Counted from the first letter of the stretch, positions 19,095 to 29,120 are shown. The stretch is DNA of 64,000 nucleotides from Ignavibacteriota bacterium (GCA_963787835.1 CAWBEI010000003.1:128001-192000), one strand, 5' to 3'. The notes: generated by a model not told the origin, from the sequence alone. Program-made: numbers and translations.

Positions 19095-20879
19095 GTGAAA
19101 CCAACCGACCAATATAATCCGGATTATTTTCATAAAGTAGTAGATTGCCAATGGGCGTGCCCGGCGCATACGAATGTGCCGGAGTACATCCGCCTTATCG
19201 CGCAAGGCAAGTACACCGAGTCCTACATGCTCAACCGCGAGTCGAACGTGTTTCCCGGCATTCTTGGCCGCACCTGCGACCGCCCCTGCGAGCCGGCCTG
19301 CCGCCGCGACCGCGTCGATGGCAAGCCTGTCGCTATTTGCCGCTTAAAGCGCGTCGCCTCCGATCTCCGTGACGACGATATTTCGATGCTGCTCCCGAAA
19401 ATTCCTACCGCAAAGAACGGCAAGCGCATCGCCTGCATTGGCGCGGGACCAGCCTCGCTCACTGTTGCGAACGACCTCATGCCGCTTGGTTATGAAGTCA
19501 CCATTTTCGAAGCAATGGATAAACCGGGTGGACTCATGCGCTCGAATATCCCCTCCTTCCGCCTTCCTGCCGGCGTGCTCGATGAAGAGATCGCGATGAT
19601 AACCGATATGGGAGTGGATGTAAAGTATAATAATCCGATCAAGAGCATGAGAGCATTGCTTGAAGTGAATTTCGATGCACTGTTCGTTGGTTCCGGAGCA
19701 CCGCGCGGAAAAGATCTTGAACTTCCCGGTCGTAAAGAAGCTGCCTCAAACATTCATATTGGTATCGACTGGCTGTTCTCTATCGCATTCGAGCATATCA
19801 AATCTATTGGCGAGAAAGTGCTCATCATCGGCGTTGGAAATACCGCAATGGATTGCTGCCGCTCGTCGCGCAGACTTGGCGGGAAAGATATTAAGGTAAT
19901 GGCGCGCCGTCCGCGAAAATATTTCAAAGCATCGCCATGGGAACTTGAAGATGCTGAGGAAGAGGGAATCGAGATCGTCATCAATCACGCCCCGAAGCGG
20001 TTTGTGATGGAAAATGGCAAGCTCGTTGGAATGGAATTCGAACGCCTAGAATGGAATGAAGGCGCGACCGAATCCCGCACAATTGATTCCGTGATCATTC
20101 CCTGCGATGATGTGATTCTTGCCATCGGTCAGGATAATGCGTTCCCATGGATTGAAAAGGATCTCGGAATGGAATTCGGCAAGTGGGATATGCCCAAAGT
20201 TGACGAAACAACCTATATGTCAACGCTGCCCGGCGTGTTTTTCGGTGGTGATGCAGCGTGGGGTCCGAAGAATATCATTTGGGCGGTCGAACACGGACAT
20301 CAGGCCGCTATTTCGATCAATAATTACTGCTTCGGCATTCCCGTCACTGAGCGAATGAAGCGCGGAATGAACCTCGTCTCAGCTAAGATGGGACTTTCGG
20401 AATGGTCGTACAATAATAATTACGATCCCGAGACGCGGCAGAAAATGAAGCATGTCGATCTTGTCGAACGCTTCAAGAATCTCACAACAGAAGTTGAGCT
20501 TGGCTTTTCTGCCGAGCAAACCGCGAATGAAGTCCAGCGCTGCCTGAACTGCGATATGGAGACCGTCTTCTTCGCGCCCAAATGTATCGAATGCGACGCT
20601 TGTATCGATGTGTGTCCGGTGCAATGCCTTACCATCACGCGCGATGGCGACGAGACCGATCTTCGTTCCCGGCTCTCCGCGCCTGCGCTCAATCTCTCGC
20701 AAGCGCTCTTTGTTTCGGAACCATTGAAGCAAACCGGACGCATCATGGCAAAGGACGAAGACCTTTGCGTCCACTGCGGCCTGTGCGCCGAACGCTGCCC
20801 TACCTTCGCATGGGATATGCAAAAATTCGATGCGATCATTCCCAAAGCGATCGATATGCGGGAATTGGTGATGGCGTAA
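19095..20879 (+). CDS. GltD-like FAD/NAD(P) oxidoreductase with C-terminal 4Fe-4S dicluster
   Basis: CQWACPAH, CDRPCEPAC, IGAGPA, CIECDACIDVCP, CVHCGLCAERCP. Confidence 0.92.
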   Translation: MKPTDQYNPDYFHKVVDCQWACPAHTNVPEYIRLIAQGKYTESYMLNRESNVFPGILGRTCDRPCEPACRRDRVDGKPVAICRLKRVASDLRDDDISMLLPKIPTAKNGKRIACIGAGPASLTVANDLMPLGYEVTIFEAMDKPGGLMRSNIPSFRLPAGVLDEEIAMITDMGVDVKYNNPIKSMRALLEVNFDALFVGSGAPRGKDLELPGRKEAASNIHIGIDWLFSIAFEHIKSIGEKVLIIGVGNTAMDCCRSSRRLGGKDIKVMARRPRKYFKASPWELEDAEEEGIEIVINHAPKRFVMENGKLVGMEFERLEWNEGATESRTIDSVIIPCDDVILAIGQDNAFPWIEKDLGMEFGKWDMPKVDETTYMSTLPGVFFGGDAAWGPKNIIWAVEHGHQAAISINNYCFGIPVTERMKRGMNLVSAKMGLSEWSYNNNYDPETRQKMKHVDLVERFKNLTTEVELGFSAEQTANEVQRCLNCDMETVFFAPKCIECDACIDVCPVQCLTITRDGDETDLRSRLSAPALNLSQALFVSEPLKQTGRIMAKDEDLCVHCGLCAERCPTFAWDMQKFDAIIPKAIDMRELVMA

Positions 20880-20891
20880 ATGATAAAAAAC

Positions 20892-21077
20892 ATGGAACAC
20901 GAGCAAGCATCAAAAAAACCTGAGAACAGCAAAATTGAATATGGCCTCATGAGCGTTTCGCTCACGCACGAGGATTTCCTTAAGCTGGGAACACTCGCCA
21001 GGGAGCAACACATGACACCCGAAGAGCTTGCCCCAAATATCCTTCACGAATGGATCAATCGGGGTAACCAAGATTGA
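20892..21077 (+). CDS. Small hypothetical protein (possible ribbon-helix-helix)
   Basis: SVSLTHEDFLKLGTLAREQHMTPEELA...ILHEWI pattern. Confidence 0.45.
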   Translation: MEHEQASKKPENSKIEYGLMSVSLTHEDFLKLGTLAREQHMTPEELAPNILHEWINRGNQD

Positions 21078-21080
21078 ATA

Positions 21081-21407
21081 TCAACCTTCTTTTAAAATGA
21101 ACTTCACTTTGATAGAAAATAGCCTATGACAGGTACCATAAGTTTTTCTTCCTTGCGTTGAACTAAGCGTTCCTTTGCAAAAGACAGTAGTTTTAAATTC
21201 AGTCATTTGTTCCGCAACCATCTTTTTCACGATTGCGGCTAACGATACTGATACCCCCCCATATTTGCATTGTGATTGGTGACAGGGATGGAATTCAGGG
21301 AAGTGCTTGCTATCGTAGCGAGATTTCGGCCAGTAATGGTCCTCTTTAACTTCAATAAGAAGATCATTGACTCCTGATGGAAGGTCTAATATCGGATTCT
21401 GATGCAT
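21081..21407 (-). CDS. Hypothetical protein with four spaced Cys (possible metal binding)
   Basis: CHQSQC...FCKG...TCH. Confidence 0.6.
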   Translation of the reverse strand: MHQNPILDLPSGVNDLLIEVKEDHYWPKSRYDSKHFPEFHPCHQSQCKYGGVSVSLAAIVKKMVAEQMTEFKTTVFCKGTLSSTQGRKTYGTCHRLFSIKVKFILKEG

Positions 21408-21487
21408 GACTAAACTATCTCCATTTTTGGAGTCGAATTCAAAAGTGAATCACTTCTTCTTTACAATAACCTTTTAATTATCTGACG

Positions 21488-22254
21488 TTACTTCGAAAGC
21501 AATCGGATCAATTCATCAATCGACATCGTATCACTTTTTGCCAAGACAATATAATTTAATTTTGGACGTTCTAAATTCTGAAGAAATTGGCGAAATTTTT
21601 CTTTATCTTCAAGCGGAGGAGCCTTAGAGTCAAGCTCCCTCAGCTGGGACGATATTCTTTTTATAGCAGTCCGAGCAGCTTCATGGGTTCCAGACGTGTA
21701 CTTCTCATTGCTGGCATCATCAGCTGCTTGTTGAATTGAGTCAACAGCCATGTCTATAATTGCAGAGCGAACTGAATTCCATTCATATTTCCTTAATTCA
21801 ACAGCAATAGCTTCCGAATTCAAATCTACAGTTGAAGAATTGGAATTATTTTGTTTTCAGCTTCAGACACTTCAAACTTTCTTTGGCTCTCTGCTGCGGC
21901 ATCGCGAGCACCAGCTTCAAAAGCATCACTGACTTGCTTGTTGGCATCAGAATGAGGCACTGAGTGCGTCAAAGGATCATCACTTGCTTCTCTTTGGCTG
22001 AGTGGAGTAACTTCAACTGACTCATTTTCATCAGTATTAATTATCTTAGAACGATCCACCAGTATCGCATCAACATTCGCTGACCAGAACTTAACGGTAA
22101 TGTAATCGTAGCTATAACGGACGTTCCATGATGTTCCATCATCAAGTATAATAACTTCTCCTCCGCTGGAAACGGCTCTAATTGTGTGCCTAGCAGTCTG
22201 AGCATTAACCGATACAGCAAAACACATGATCAAAATGAGTAACCATTTTTGCAT
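21488..22254 (-). CDS. Secreted hypothetical protein; ORFs 21826..22254 and 21488..21823 are possibly one frameshifted gene
   Basis: Signal peptide MQKWLLILIMCFAVSVNA; one extra A in the A4 run near 21855 joins EAEKQNNSNSSTVDLNSEAI; the second ORF has only a TTG start. Confidence 0.5.
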
Positions 22255-22312
22255 GACGTTTTAACGCTATATTTAATAATATTGTTCAGAAAAAACTTTT
22301 CTAAAAAATTAG

Positions 22313-22328
22313 GAAACCGAACGGTTAC
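22313..22328. promoter_or_regulatory. Putative ArsR operator (imperfect palindrome)
   Basis: gaaaccgaacggttac (AACC-N4-GGTT) just upstream of the ArsR start. Confidence 0.6.
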
Positions 22329-22347
22329 GCATTCGGTTATGGGGGTT

Positions 22348-22686
22348 GTGAGACGAGACGTATTTCAGGCCATAGCAGATCCGACGCGGCGGGCGATCCT
22401 CAGTTTGCTCGCCGTGCAAACTTTGACGATGACGAGCATCGCCGATCACTTTAAGGTGTCGCGGCCTGCGATCTCGAAGCACGTAAAGATACTGGAGGAA
22501 TGCGGCCTGGTGAGCATCACGCAGCAAGGCCGCGAACGGTATTGTGAGGCAAGCATGACCAAATTAGACGAAGTATCCGACTGGGTCGAACGTTACCGAA
22601 AAATGTGGGATGAACGGCTCGACCGGTTGGAAGAATACTTGAAAGAATTACAATCCAAAGAAAAAGAACATGGCAACAAGATCTGA
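22348..22686 (+). CDS. ArsR/SmtB-family regulator (SRPBCC-associated type)
   Basis: RRDVFQAIADPTRRAIL, SRPAISKHVKIL, WDERLDRLEEYL. Confidence 0.93.
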   Translation: MRRDVFQAIADPTRRAILSLLAVQTLTMTSIADHFKVSRPAISKHVKILEECGLVSITQQGRERYCEASMTKLDEVSDWVERYRKMWDERLDRLEEYLKELQSKEKEHGNKI

Positions 22687-23650
22687 TCTCGCCGTTTCGA
22701 CGGCTCCGCGCGAAGTTATTATCACCCGCACGATCAACGCTCCGCGCGAGCTTGTCTTCGATGCGTTCACAAAAGCCGAGCATTTAGCGAAGTGGTTCGG
22801 GCCTCGCGCATTTCGCACCACAGCAGAAACCGACACGCGCGTTGGAGGCAAATTTCGTATCACGATGCACGGCACCGATGCGCTCCCCGAGCCATTTGCC
22901 AGCGAGCATTATCCGATGACGGGCGAATACCTTGAGTTCGTGCGGCCCGAACGAATCGTCTATACGAACGATCTTCATGAGCATCCGGATAGCTGGAAGA
23001 GCTTGATGCAAAGTGGGATCGAGAATGGGGAAAAAGCAAATTTTCTATCGTCACTCGTAACTATAACGTTCGATGATCTTGGTGGCAATACGAAATTAGT
23101 TATTCGTACACGGTTTGACTCCGATGCCGTCCGCGATGGATACATTAAGTTCCAAATGGGCGAAGGCTGGAGCGAAAGCCTCGATAAGCTCGAAGAAATG
23201 CTTACCGGCGTTGTCGTTGTCGAGCGCACATTCGATGCTCCCGTGGAAAAAGTTTGGGATGCGATCTCAAATAATGATTCCTTAAAGCAATGGTATTTCG
23301 AGCTTCCAGAATTCCGTCCTGAAGTCGGATTCGAATTTGAATTTCAAGGTGGCCCTCCCGGTAAAGAGCCATACCACCATAAATGCAAAATAACAGAAGT
23401 TATTCCGGGGCGAAAATTAGCATACACCTGGCGTTACGAAGGATGGAAAGGCATCTCCACCGTCACCTTCGAATTATTCCCGGAAGGAAAGCAGACGAAG
23501 CTTCGACTAACCCATTCAGGGCTTGATTCCTTCGCCATCAATAACAATCCCGATCTCGATGCTCACAATTTTGTGGCGGGATGGTCGGATATTCTTGGCA
23601 GATCGCTGAAAGAATTTGTTGAGGCAGCTAAGATGGAGGTAACGCGATGA
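22670..23650 (+). CDS. Tandem SRPBCC (AHSA1/CalC-like) two-domain protein
   Basis: TRTINAPRELVFDAFT...EGWSESLDKL and ERTFDAPVEKVWDA...AGW. Confidence 0.92.
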   Translation: MATRSDLAVSTAPREVIITRTINAPRELVFDAFTKAEHLAKWFGPRAFRTTAETDTRVGGKFRITMHGTDALPEPFASEHYPMTGEYLEFVRPERIVYTNDLHEHPDSWKSLMQSGIENGEKANFLSSLVTITFDDLGGNTKLVIRTRFDSDAVRDGYIKFQMGEGWSESLDKLEEMLTGVVVVERTFDAPVEKVWDAISNNDSLKQWYFELPEFRPEVGFEFEFQGGPPGKEPYHHKCKITEVIPGRKLAYTWRYEGWKGISTVTFELFPEGKQTKLRLTHSGLDSFAINNNPDLDAHNFVAGWSDILGRSLKEFVEAAKMEVTR

Positions 23651-24195
23651 GAAAGGTCATATTCCAAATGTTGACATCGCTGGATGGTTACTTCGAGGGG
23701 CCAAACCACGAGCTCGATTGGCATAATGTCGGCGCAGATTGGAATTCGCATGTATTCGAGCTTTTCGAAGAAGTGGACACTTTCTTGTTTGGCCGCCGCA
23801 CCTACGAAATGATGGCTGCGTATTGGCCAACGGCCACGCGCGATCCGATCGCAGAAAAAATGAATTCGTTTCCAAAAATCGTTTTTTCTAAAACGCTTAA
23901 ATCTGCGGATTGGACAAACTCAAGAATTGCTACAGATGCGGCGGCTGAGGTAAGAACGCTCAAGCAAGAACCAGGAAAGAATATGGTGATCTTCGGCAGT
24001 TCGGATCTCGCTGTTTCTCTCATGAAAGAAAACCTGATCGACGATTTCCGTATTGTGGTAACACCAATCGTTTTGGGCAATGGGAAACCACTCTTTCATG
24101 GCTTGAACAATCGTTACAAATTCAAACTTGATAAAACACAAACATTTCAATCCGGTCACGTTATGCTATACTTCCGACCTGACCGTAGCGTATAG
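23647..24195 (+). CDS. Dihydrofolate reductase-family (RibD C-terminal) protein
   Basis: SLDGY, LFGRRTYE, IFGSSDLA, PIVLGNGKPLF. Confidence 0.92.
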   Translation: MRKVIFQMLTSLDGYFEGPNHELDWHNVGADWNSHVFELFEEVDTFLFGRRTYEMMAAYWPTATRDPIAEKMNSFPKIVFSKTLKSADWTNSRIATDAAAEVRTLKQEPGKNMVIFGSSDLAVSLMKENLIDDFRIVVTPIVLGNGKPLFHGLNNRYKFKLDKTQTFQSGHVMLYFRPDRSV

Positions 24196-24222
24196 TACTC
24201 ATTTATTCAGGAACTGATAATC

Positions 24223-24705
24223 ATGTCACAGAATAATCCAGCAATACTCGAGGCCGAACCGCGCAAAAGCGAAATGAGTCGTACCATGGCTGCAACGCGC
24301 ATCCTTAATGCTCCACGCGATCTCGTATGGAAAGTATTTACCGATCCGGAACACATTAAAAATTGGTGGGGGCCGAACGGCTTTTCACTATCGATGCACA
24401 AATACGAAATGCGAACCGGCGGCGAATGGAACTTCACTATGCACGGACCCGATGGCACCGATTTCCGGAACGAGATGGTTTTCGATGAACTCGTTCCGAA
24501 GGAGCGGATCGTCTATTCACATGGCCCCACCCCGAAATTTAAGGTGTTCATTCAGCTTTTCGATCTCGGGAACTAAACGGAGCTGCATTGGAAAAACGTC
24601 TTCGAGGACGACGAAGAGTTTAAGCGGGCCGTGGAAGTATTCCACGCTGTTGAGGGACAGCAACAGACCATCAACCGGCTTTCAGAATATCTCAAATCAC
24701 TTTAA
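24223..24705 (+). pseudogene. SRPBCC protein interrupted by an in-frame TAA at 24574-24576
   Basis: The frame continues after GN* as TELHWKNVFEDDEEF...EGQQQTINRLSEYLKSL*, completing the domain. Confidence 0.8.
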
Positions 24706-24722
24706 ACATCAATAGATAAATT

Positions 24723-25193
24723 ATGTCACAAAAAAACGAACTAAGTGTTATTGCGGAACCCGGCAAGAATGACACAATTCTTACCCGCGAATTCGATGCG
24801 TCACGAGAACTCGTATTCACAACAATGTGCGATGGCTCCGCTATTGACAAATGGTGGGGCTACGGCACCGAAGTTCAAGAATACGATGCGCGACCGGGTG
24901 GATCTTGGCGAATCATCAATCGCGTGGGCGATCAAGAACATAACTTTCGCGGCGTTTTCCATGATTTAGTGAAACCGGAACGCATCGTCCGCACATTCGA
25001 ATACCTCAATGTGCCTGGTCATGTATTGCTTGAAACCACAACCTTTGAAGATATAAACGGCCGAACAAAAATGACCATTCAAAACCTTTGTCAATCGGTT
25101 GCATCACGCGACGGCCTCGTGAATTCAGGAATGGAGCAAGGCGCCTCGATGAGCTTTGATAAATTAGAAGCCATTCTTGCTGCTTCTAAATAA
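24723..25193 (+). CDS. SRPBCC family protein
   Basis: TREFDASRELVF, DARPGGSWR, PERIVRTFE, SGMEQGA. Confidence 0.92.
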   Translation: MSQKNELSVIAEPGKNDTILTREFDASRELVFTTMCDGSAIDKWWGYGTEVQEYDARPGGSWRIINRVGDQEHNFRGVFHDLVKPERIVRTFEYLNVPGHVLLETTTFEDINGRTKMTIQNLCQSVASRDGLVNSGMEQGASMSFDKLEAILAASK

Positions 25194-25316
25194 TGAAGGG
25201 GTATAACAAATGATATACCGGCTCTCTGAATATCTCAATTTACTTTAAACTTCAAAGGATCATGTCACATGAATAATTCAACAACACTCGCGTATGAATT
25301 CGATGCGCCACGCACG
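25194..25316 (+). pseudogene. Relic of an SRPBCC gene junction (3' end plus internally deleted 5' end)
   Basis: 25217-25255 repeats 24674-24712 (5 mismatches in 39 bp); followed by ATGTCACA..NNSTTL..EFDAPR, matching SRPBCC N-termini. Confidence 0.65.
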
Positions 25317-25703
25317 ATGACCAAGAAAAATAAAATTATCTATTGGGTTTCTACTATCTGGCTTGCATTGGGAATGCTGTCGATTGGAATAGCACAGTTA
25401 GTCAAAATGAAAGGTGGAGCATCGGGAGCAGTTGAGACGATAACCCGTTTGGGGTACCCTGCTTATTTTCTAACAATACTCGGTATTTGGAAACTTTTGG
25501 GAGTTTTAGCTGTGCTTATCCCAAAATTTCCTTTGCTAAAAGAATGGGCTTATGCAGGCTTTTTCTTCGTCGCGTCAGGAGCAGTAATATCACATGTCGC
25601 ATCGGGCGATCCCGTAAATGCAATATTTCCCTCATTGCTACTTCTAATCCTGACGATGGTATCGTGGTATTTCAGACCTATGAATAGAAAAATAGTTTCA
25701 TAA
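25317..25703 (+). CDS. DoxX-family (DoxX_2) membrane protein
   Basis: KIIYWVST, LGYPAYF, LKEWAYAGFFF. Confidence 0.92.
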   Translation: MTKKNKIIYWVSTIWLALGMLSIGIAQLVKMKGGASGAVETITRLGYPAYFLTILGIWKLLGVLAVLIPKFPLLKEWAYAGFFFVASGAVISHVASGDPVNAIFPSLLLLILTMVSWYFRPMNRKIVS

Positions 25704-25778
25704 TGATACACGAAAAAAACTTAATTAAGGTTATAATCAATCACTATTAACGAGGTTTCGATAAGCCCAAAGAAAGAC

Positions 25779-26240
25779 ATGCAAAAATCAGCTAAGAGTA
25801 CCAGCGCAACTAATAAGAAGACACAGGGATTCACAGCCGAGGAAAAAGCTGCGATGAAAGTCCGCGCCCAGGAACTGAAGGCAGAGGCGCGCGCGAACAA
25901 GGATAAGGATGAAGGTGAAAACGCCGCACTTGAAGCGATAGCAGCCATGCAGGAATCGGATCGCAAAATGGCCACGCGGCTTCATAGCATTATAAAATCC
26001 AGCGTACCCGCCCTCATGCCGAAAACATGGTATGGAATGCCGGCCTATGCCAAAGATGGCAAGACCGTCTGCTTCTTCCAAAATGCACAAAAGTTCAAAA
26101 CCAGATACGCGACATTTGGCTTCAGTGATGCGGCAAACCTCGACGATGGCGATCTGTGGCCCGTCGCCTTCGCGCTGAAGGAGTTGACATCCGCCGCAGA
26201 GGCAAAGATCGTCGCGCTCTTGAAGAAATCTGTGGGTTGA
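25779..26240 (+). CDS. DUF1801/YdhG-like (iron-chaperone-like) protein
   Basis: FTAEEKAAMK, PKTWYGMPAYA, KFKTRYATFGF. Confidence 0.9.
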   Translation: MQKSAKSTSATNKKTQGFTAEEKAAMKVRAQELKAEARANKDKDEGENAALEAIAAMQESDRKMATRLHSIIKSSVPALMPKTWYGMPAYAKDGKTVCFFQNAQKFKTRYATFGFSDAANLDDGDLWPVAFALKELTSAAEAKIVALLKKSVG

Positions 26241-26328
26241 TAGCAACTGAAAGACTTTTAGATAAAATTGATTCTTAATAACTCACTTTCCTTTTTCATT
26301 TTTCATTCATTTTTTCAAGAAATAAACC

Positions 26329-26796
26329 ATGTCACAGAAAAATCCAACAACACTCAAGGCCGAACCCGGCCAACTCGATACCATACTCACACGCGAGTTC
26401 GACGCGCCGCGGGAACTCGTTTTCCGCGCACTAACGGACGGTAATGCCGTGCCTAAATATTATAACGAAAACGCGAAGGTCGAGCAATATGACGCTCGTC
26501 CCGGAGGATCCTGGGCCTTCACCGTTCGCGCGGAAAATGGATGGGAAACGCGGTTTCATGGCGTCTATCACGATGTCACCGCTCCGGAACGAATTGTCCG
26601 CACCTTCGAAATGCAGCCGGGAAAGACCACGCTCGAAACATACACGCTGGAAGACTTGGGCGGTAGGACAAAGATGACAACCCAAAGCATCCACCAGTCG
26701 GTTGCCGACCGTGATACCGTGCTTCAATACGGGTTTGGGAAATACGGCGGAGAGGCGCACGACCGGCTGGAATCGCTGCTTGCATCGTACAAATAG
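26329..26796 (+). CDS. SRPBCC family protein
   Basis: TREFDAPRELVF, DARPGGSW, PERIVRTFE. Confidence 0.92.
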   Translation: MSQKNPTTLKAEPGQLDTILTREFDAPRELVFRALTDGNAVPKYYNENAKVEQYDARPGGSWAFTVRAENGWETRFHGVYHDVTAPERIVRTFEMQPGKTTLETYTLEDLGGRTKMTTQSIHQSVADRDTVLQYGFGKYGGEAHDRLESLLASYK

Positions 26797-27348
26797 ATGC
26801 CAAGCGAACACGATCAAATAGTGACAATAGTTCGGGAACTACTTACAAAAAAGCAGCTGGTCCTGCTCGCCATTGGTGGCTACGGTGGCTCAGGCAAAAG
26901 CACGCTTGCTTTAGAAATTCAAAGCGAATTTCCCGGCTCGTCCATCATCACATTAGATGATTTCGCAATTCCGGGCGGAGGGTCGGATAGAAAGAGAATT
27001 ATTGACCAAGTGCTTGTGCCGCTCTCCGATGGTAAGACTGCAAGTTACCAACGATTCGATTGGCCAATGCAAGCGCCTGCCGAGTGGCGGGAAGTAAATG
27101 CGAATGGTCTAATTATCATCGAAGGAGTTTCAGTGCTCGGTGATGATTTTAATCCCTTTTTCGATTTTAGAATTTGGATCGATTGCCCACATGAACTCGC
27201 GTCTAAGCGCGGTATGGAGCGTGATAAAAATGTCTATAAAGTTGACCTCGACCGAATGTGGAACGAAATATGGATACCGGAGGAAATAGAATACGGCAGA
27301 ACAGAGCCGTGGAAGCGAGCAGACCTAATCATTCCCGCAGAATTGTAA
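26797..27348 (+). CDS. Uridine kinase-like P-loop protein
   Basis: IGGYGGSGKST, LDDF, YQRFDW, IIIEGV. Confidence 0.8.
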   Translation: MPSEHDQIVTIVRELLTKKQLVLLAIGGYGGSGKSTLALEIQSEFPGSSIITLDDFAIPGGGSDRKRIIDQVLVPLSDGKTASYQRFDWPMQAPAEWREVNANGLIIIEGVSVLGDDFNPFFDFRIWIDCPHELASKRGMERDKNVYKVDLDRMWNEIWIPEEIEYGRTEPWKRADLIIPAEL

Positions 27349-28314
27349 TTACGCATACTTATTCCGGTAATCGATCGGCGATAACCCGGTGATCTTTTTG
27401 AACGTCGTTCGGAATGCTTTCGTATCGGTATAGCCGACATCATACATCACTTCGGCAACATTTTTTCGGTTGCGTTCCAGGCTTTTTTTGGCTGCTTCGA
27501 TCTTCACGCGCTGCATGTACTCCACAACCGTATTCGATGTCGCTTTTTTGAATCGGCGTTCGAACGTCCTGCGACCCATCGCAGACATCGCCGCTAATTC
27601 CTCGATGGTTATCTTCTTCTGGAAATTGCTTTCGATGAAAGACTGCGCATCCTTGATCTGCTCATCTTCATGATCTTTCTGGCCCGTAAACATGATGAAT
27701 GGCGACTGCGAATCGCGGTCAATTTCTATTTCGTAGATTTTCGCGCACGCGATGGCCACTTCCCTTCCAGCATATTTATCGATGAGATAGATCACAAGAT
27801 TCCAAAAGGAATTAGCGCCGCAGCTGGAATAAATTCCCTTTTCATCAGTAATGATTTTTTCGGACACGAGATTTACCTCGGGGAACATTTTGCGGAACTC
27901 GTTTTGGGACAGCCAGTGCGTTGCACACTTTTTCCCATCGACGAGTCCTGTCGCAGCCAGTAAGAACGAGCCGACGCACAAGCTGGCAACCTCTGCTCCA
28001 TTTTTATATTGCTCTACGATCCACGGGAAGAATTCACGGTTCATCGCGATAACCTCATTCATCTCGCCATTGACAGCGGGAATGATAATAAGATCGGGTT
28101 GATAGGAATCCGTTATCGTTATGTCGGGACGAATGGTAATAAATCGGTTGTATGTTTGAGGCTCACTATCAATACCAACCATTTTCAGCTCAAAAATGGG
28201 CTCCTTGCCCATACCTGCCAAAACTTTGTTTGAGCGGGAAAAACCGATGAATGATCCTTCGATACAGCCCACGGAAGCTGCGCCACGGTGTACAAGAATT
28301 GCTATTTTTTTCAT
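27349..28314 (-). CDS. GlxA-family AraC regulator (DJ-1/PfpI + HTH)
   Basis: ASLCVGSFLLAATGL, ATHW, RTFERRFKKAT, VGYTDTKAFR. Confidence 0.93.
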   Translation of the reverse strand: MKKIAILVHRGAASVGCIEGSFIGFSRSNKVLAGMGKEPIFELKMVGIDSEPQTYNRFITIRPDITITDSYQPDLIIIPAVNGEMNEVIAMNREFFPWIVEQYKNGAEVASLCVGSFLLAATGLVDGKKCATHWLSQNEFRKMFPEVNLVSEKIITDEKGIYSSCGANSFWNLVIYLIDKYAGREVAIACAKIYEIEIDRDSQSPFIMFTGQKDHEDEQIKDAQSFIESNFQKKITIEELAAMSAMGRRTFERRFKKATSNTVVEYMQRVKIEAAKKSLERNRKNVAEVMYDVGYTDTKAFRTTFKKITGLSPIDYRNKYA

Positions 28315-28342
28315 AAATACAAAAATACGAAATAAAACTGTC

Positions 28343-28409
28343 GTAATCAACCCCTTAGAATGCCGTTTTTACGCCTCACTTTGCAATAATTTATGCTGTA
28401 GTTTTGTAG
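28343..28409 (+). promoter_or_regulatory. Putative AraC-dependent promoter, copy 1
   Basis: cccct.agaa...ttttac.cctcac...atgctg.a.ttttgta, repeated at 29018-29085; ends in a TAGTTTTG -7 motif. Confidence 0.6.
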
Positions 28410-28456
28410 CCGTTAACTGAATTACTTGTTATAGCAATCGAAAAAGATAGAAAAGT

Positions 28457-29014
28457 ATGAGAACACTAAAACTACAAATGCAGGTATCGCTTGATGGATT
28501 CGTCGGAGGGCCAAATGGAGAAATGGACTGGATGGTGTGGAATATCGATGATGAAGCCAAGAATTATATTACTCGATTGACCGAGCCGGTTGACTTGATC
28601 GTACTCGGTCGTGAACTCGCGGAAGGATTCATTCCTGCGTGGGAGTCGCGCGTCGCAAATCCTGAAACCGCAGATTGGTTCGCCCACAAAATGCGCGACA
28701 CAACCAAAATTGTTTTTTCACACTCGCTGAAAAAATCCGAATGGGCTAATACCGATGTAAATAACGGAAAGATGGTCGATGAGATTGCTAAACTCAAAGC
28801 TCAACCGGGCAAAGACATTGTTGCGTACGGTGGCGCGACATTTGTTTCGAATCTGATCGAGGCAGGTCTCGTTGATGATTTTCACCTTTTCGTTAACCCC
28901 TCAGCAATCGGAAGCGGACTGAGAATTTTCAATGGGCGCACAAATCTGAAACTGGTCAAGTCGCAGCCCTTCGAATGTGGCATCGTTGTGTTAAACTATC
29001 AACCTGCAAAATAG
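28457..29014 (+). CDS. Dihydrofolate reductase-family (RibD-C) protein
   Basis: VSLDGFV, YGGATFVSNL, NPSAIGSGLRIF. Confidence 0.92.
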   Translation: MRTLKLQMQVSLDGFVGGPNGEMDWMVWNIDDEAKNYITRLTEPVDLIVLGRELAEGFIPAWESRVANPETADWFAHKMRDTTKIVFSHSLKKSEWANTDVNNGKMVDEIAKLKAQPGKDIVAYGGATFVSNLIEAGLVDDFHLFVNPSAIGSGLRIFNGRTNLKLVKSQPFECGIVVLNYQPAK

Positions 29015-29017
29015 GGC

Positions 29018-29085
29018 GTGGTCAAAACCCCTCAGAACCCCTATTTTACTCCTCACATAGGCATTTTGAATGCTGCAATTTTGTA
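29018..29085 (+). promoter_or_regulatory. Putative AraC-dependent promoter, copy 2
   Basis: Same motifs and spacing as 28343-28409. Confidence 0.6.
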
Positions 29086-29120
29086 TTATTAAATTCATCA
29101 ATTAAACATTAAAGAACAAC

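Noticed and set aside
19095-20879. Oxidoreductase (and sdhA) lacking their usual partner subunits as a novel feature
   Set aside because: Partners may simply lie elsewhere in the genome; cannot be judged from this window
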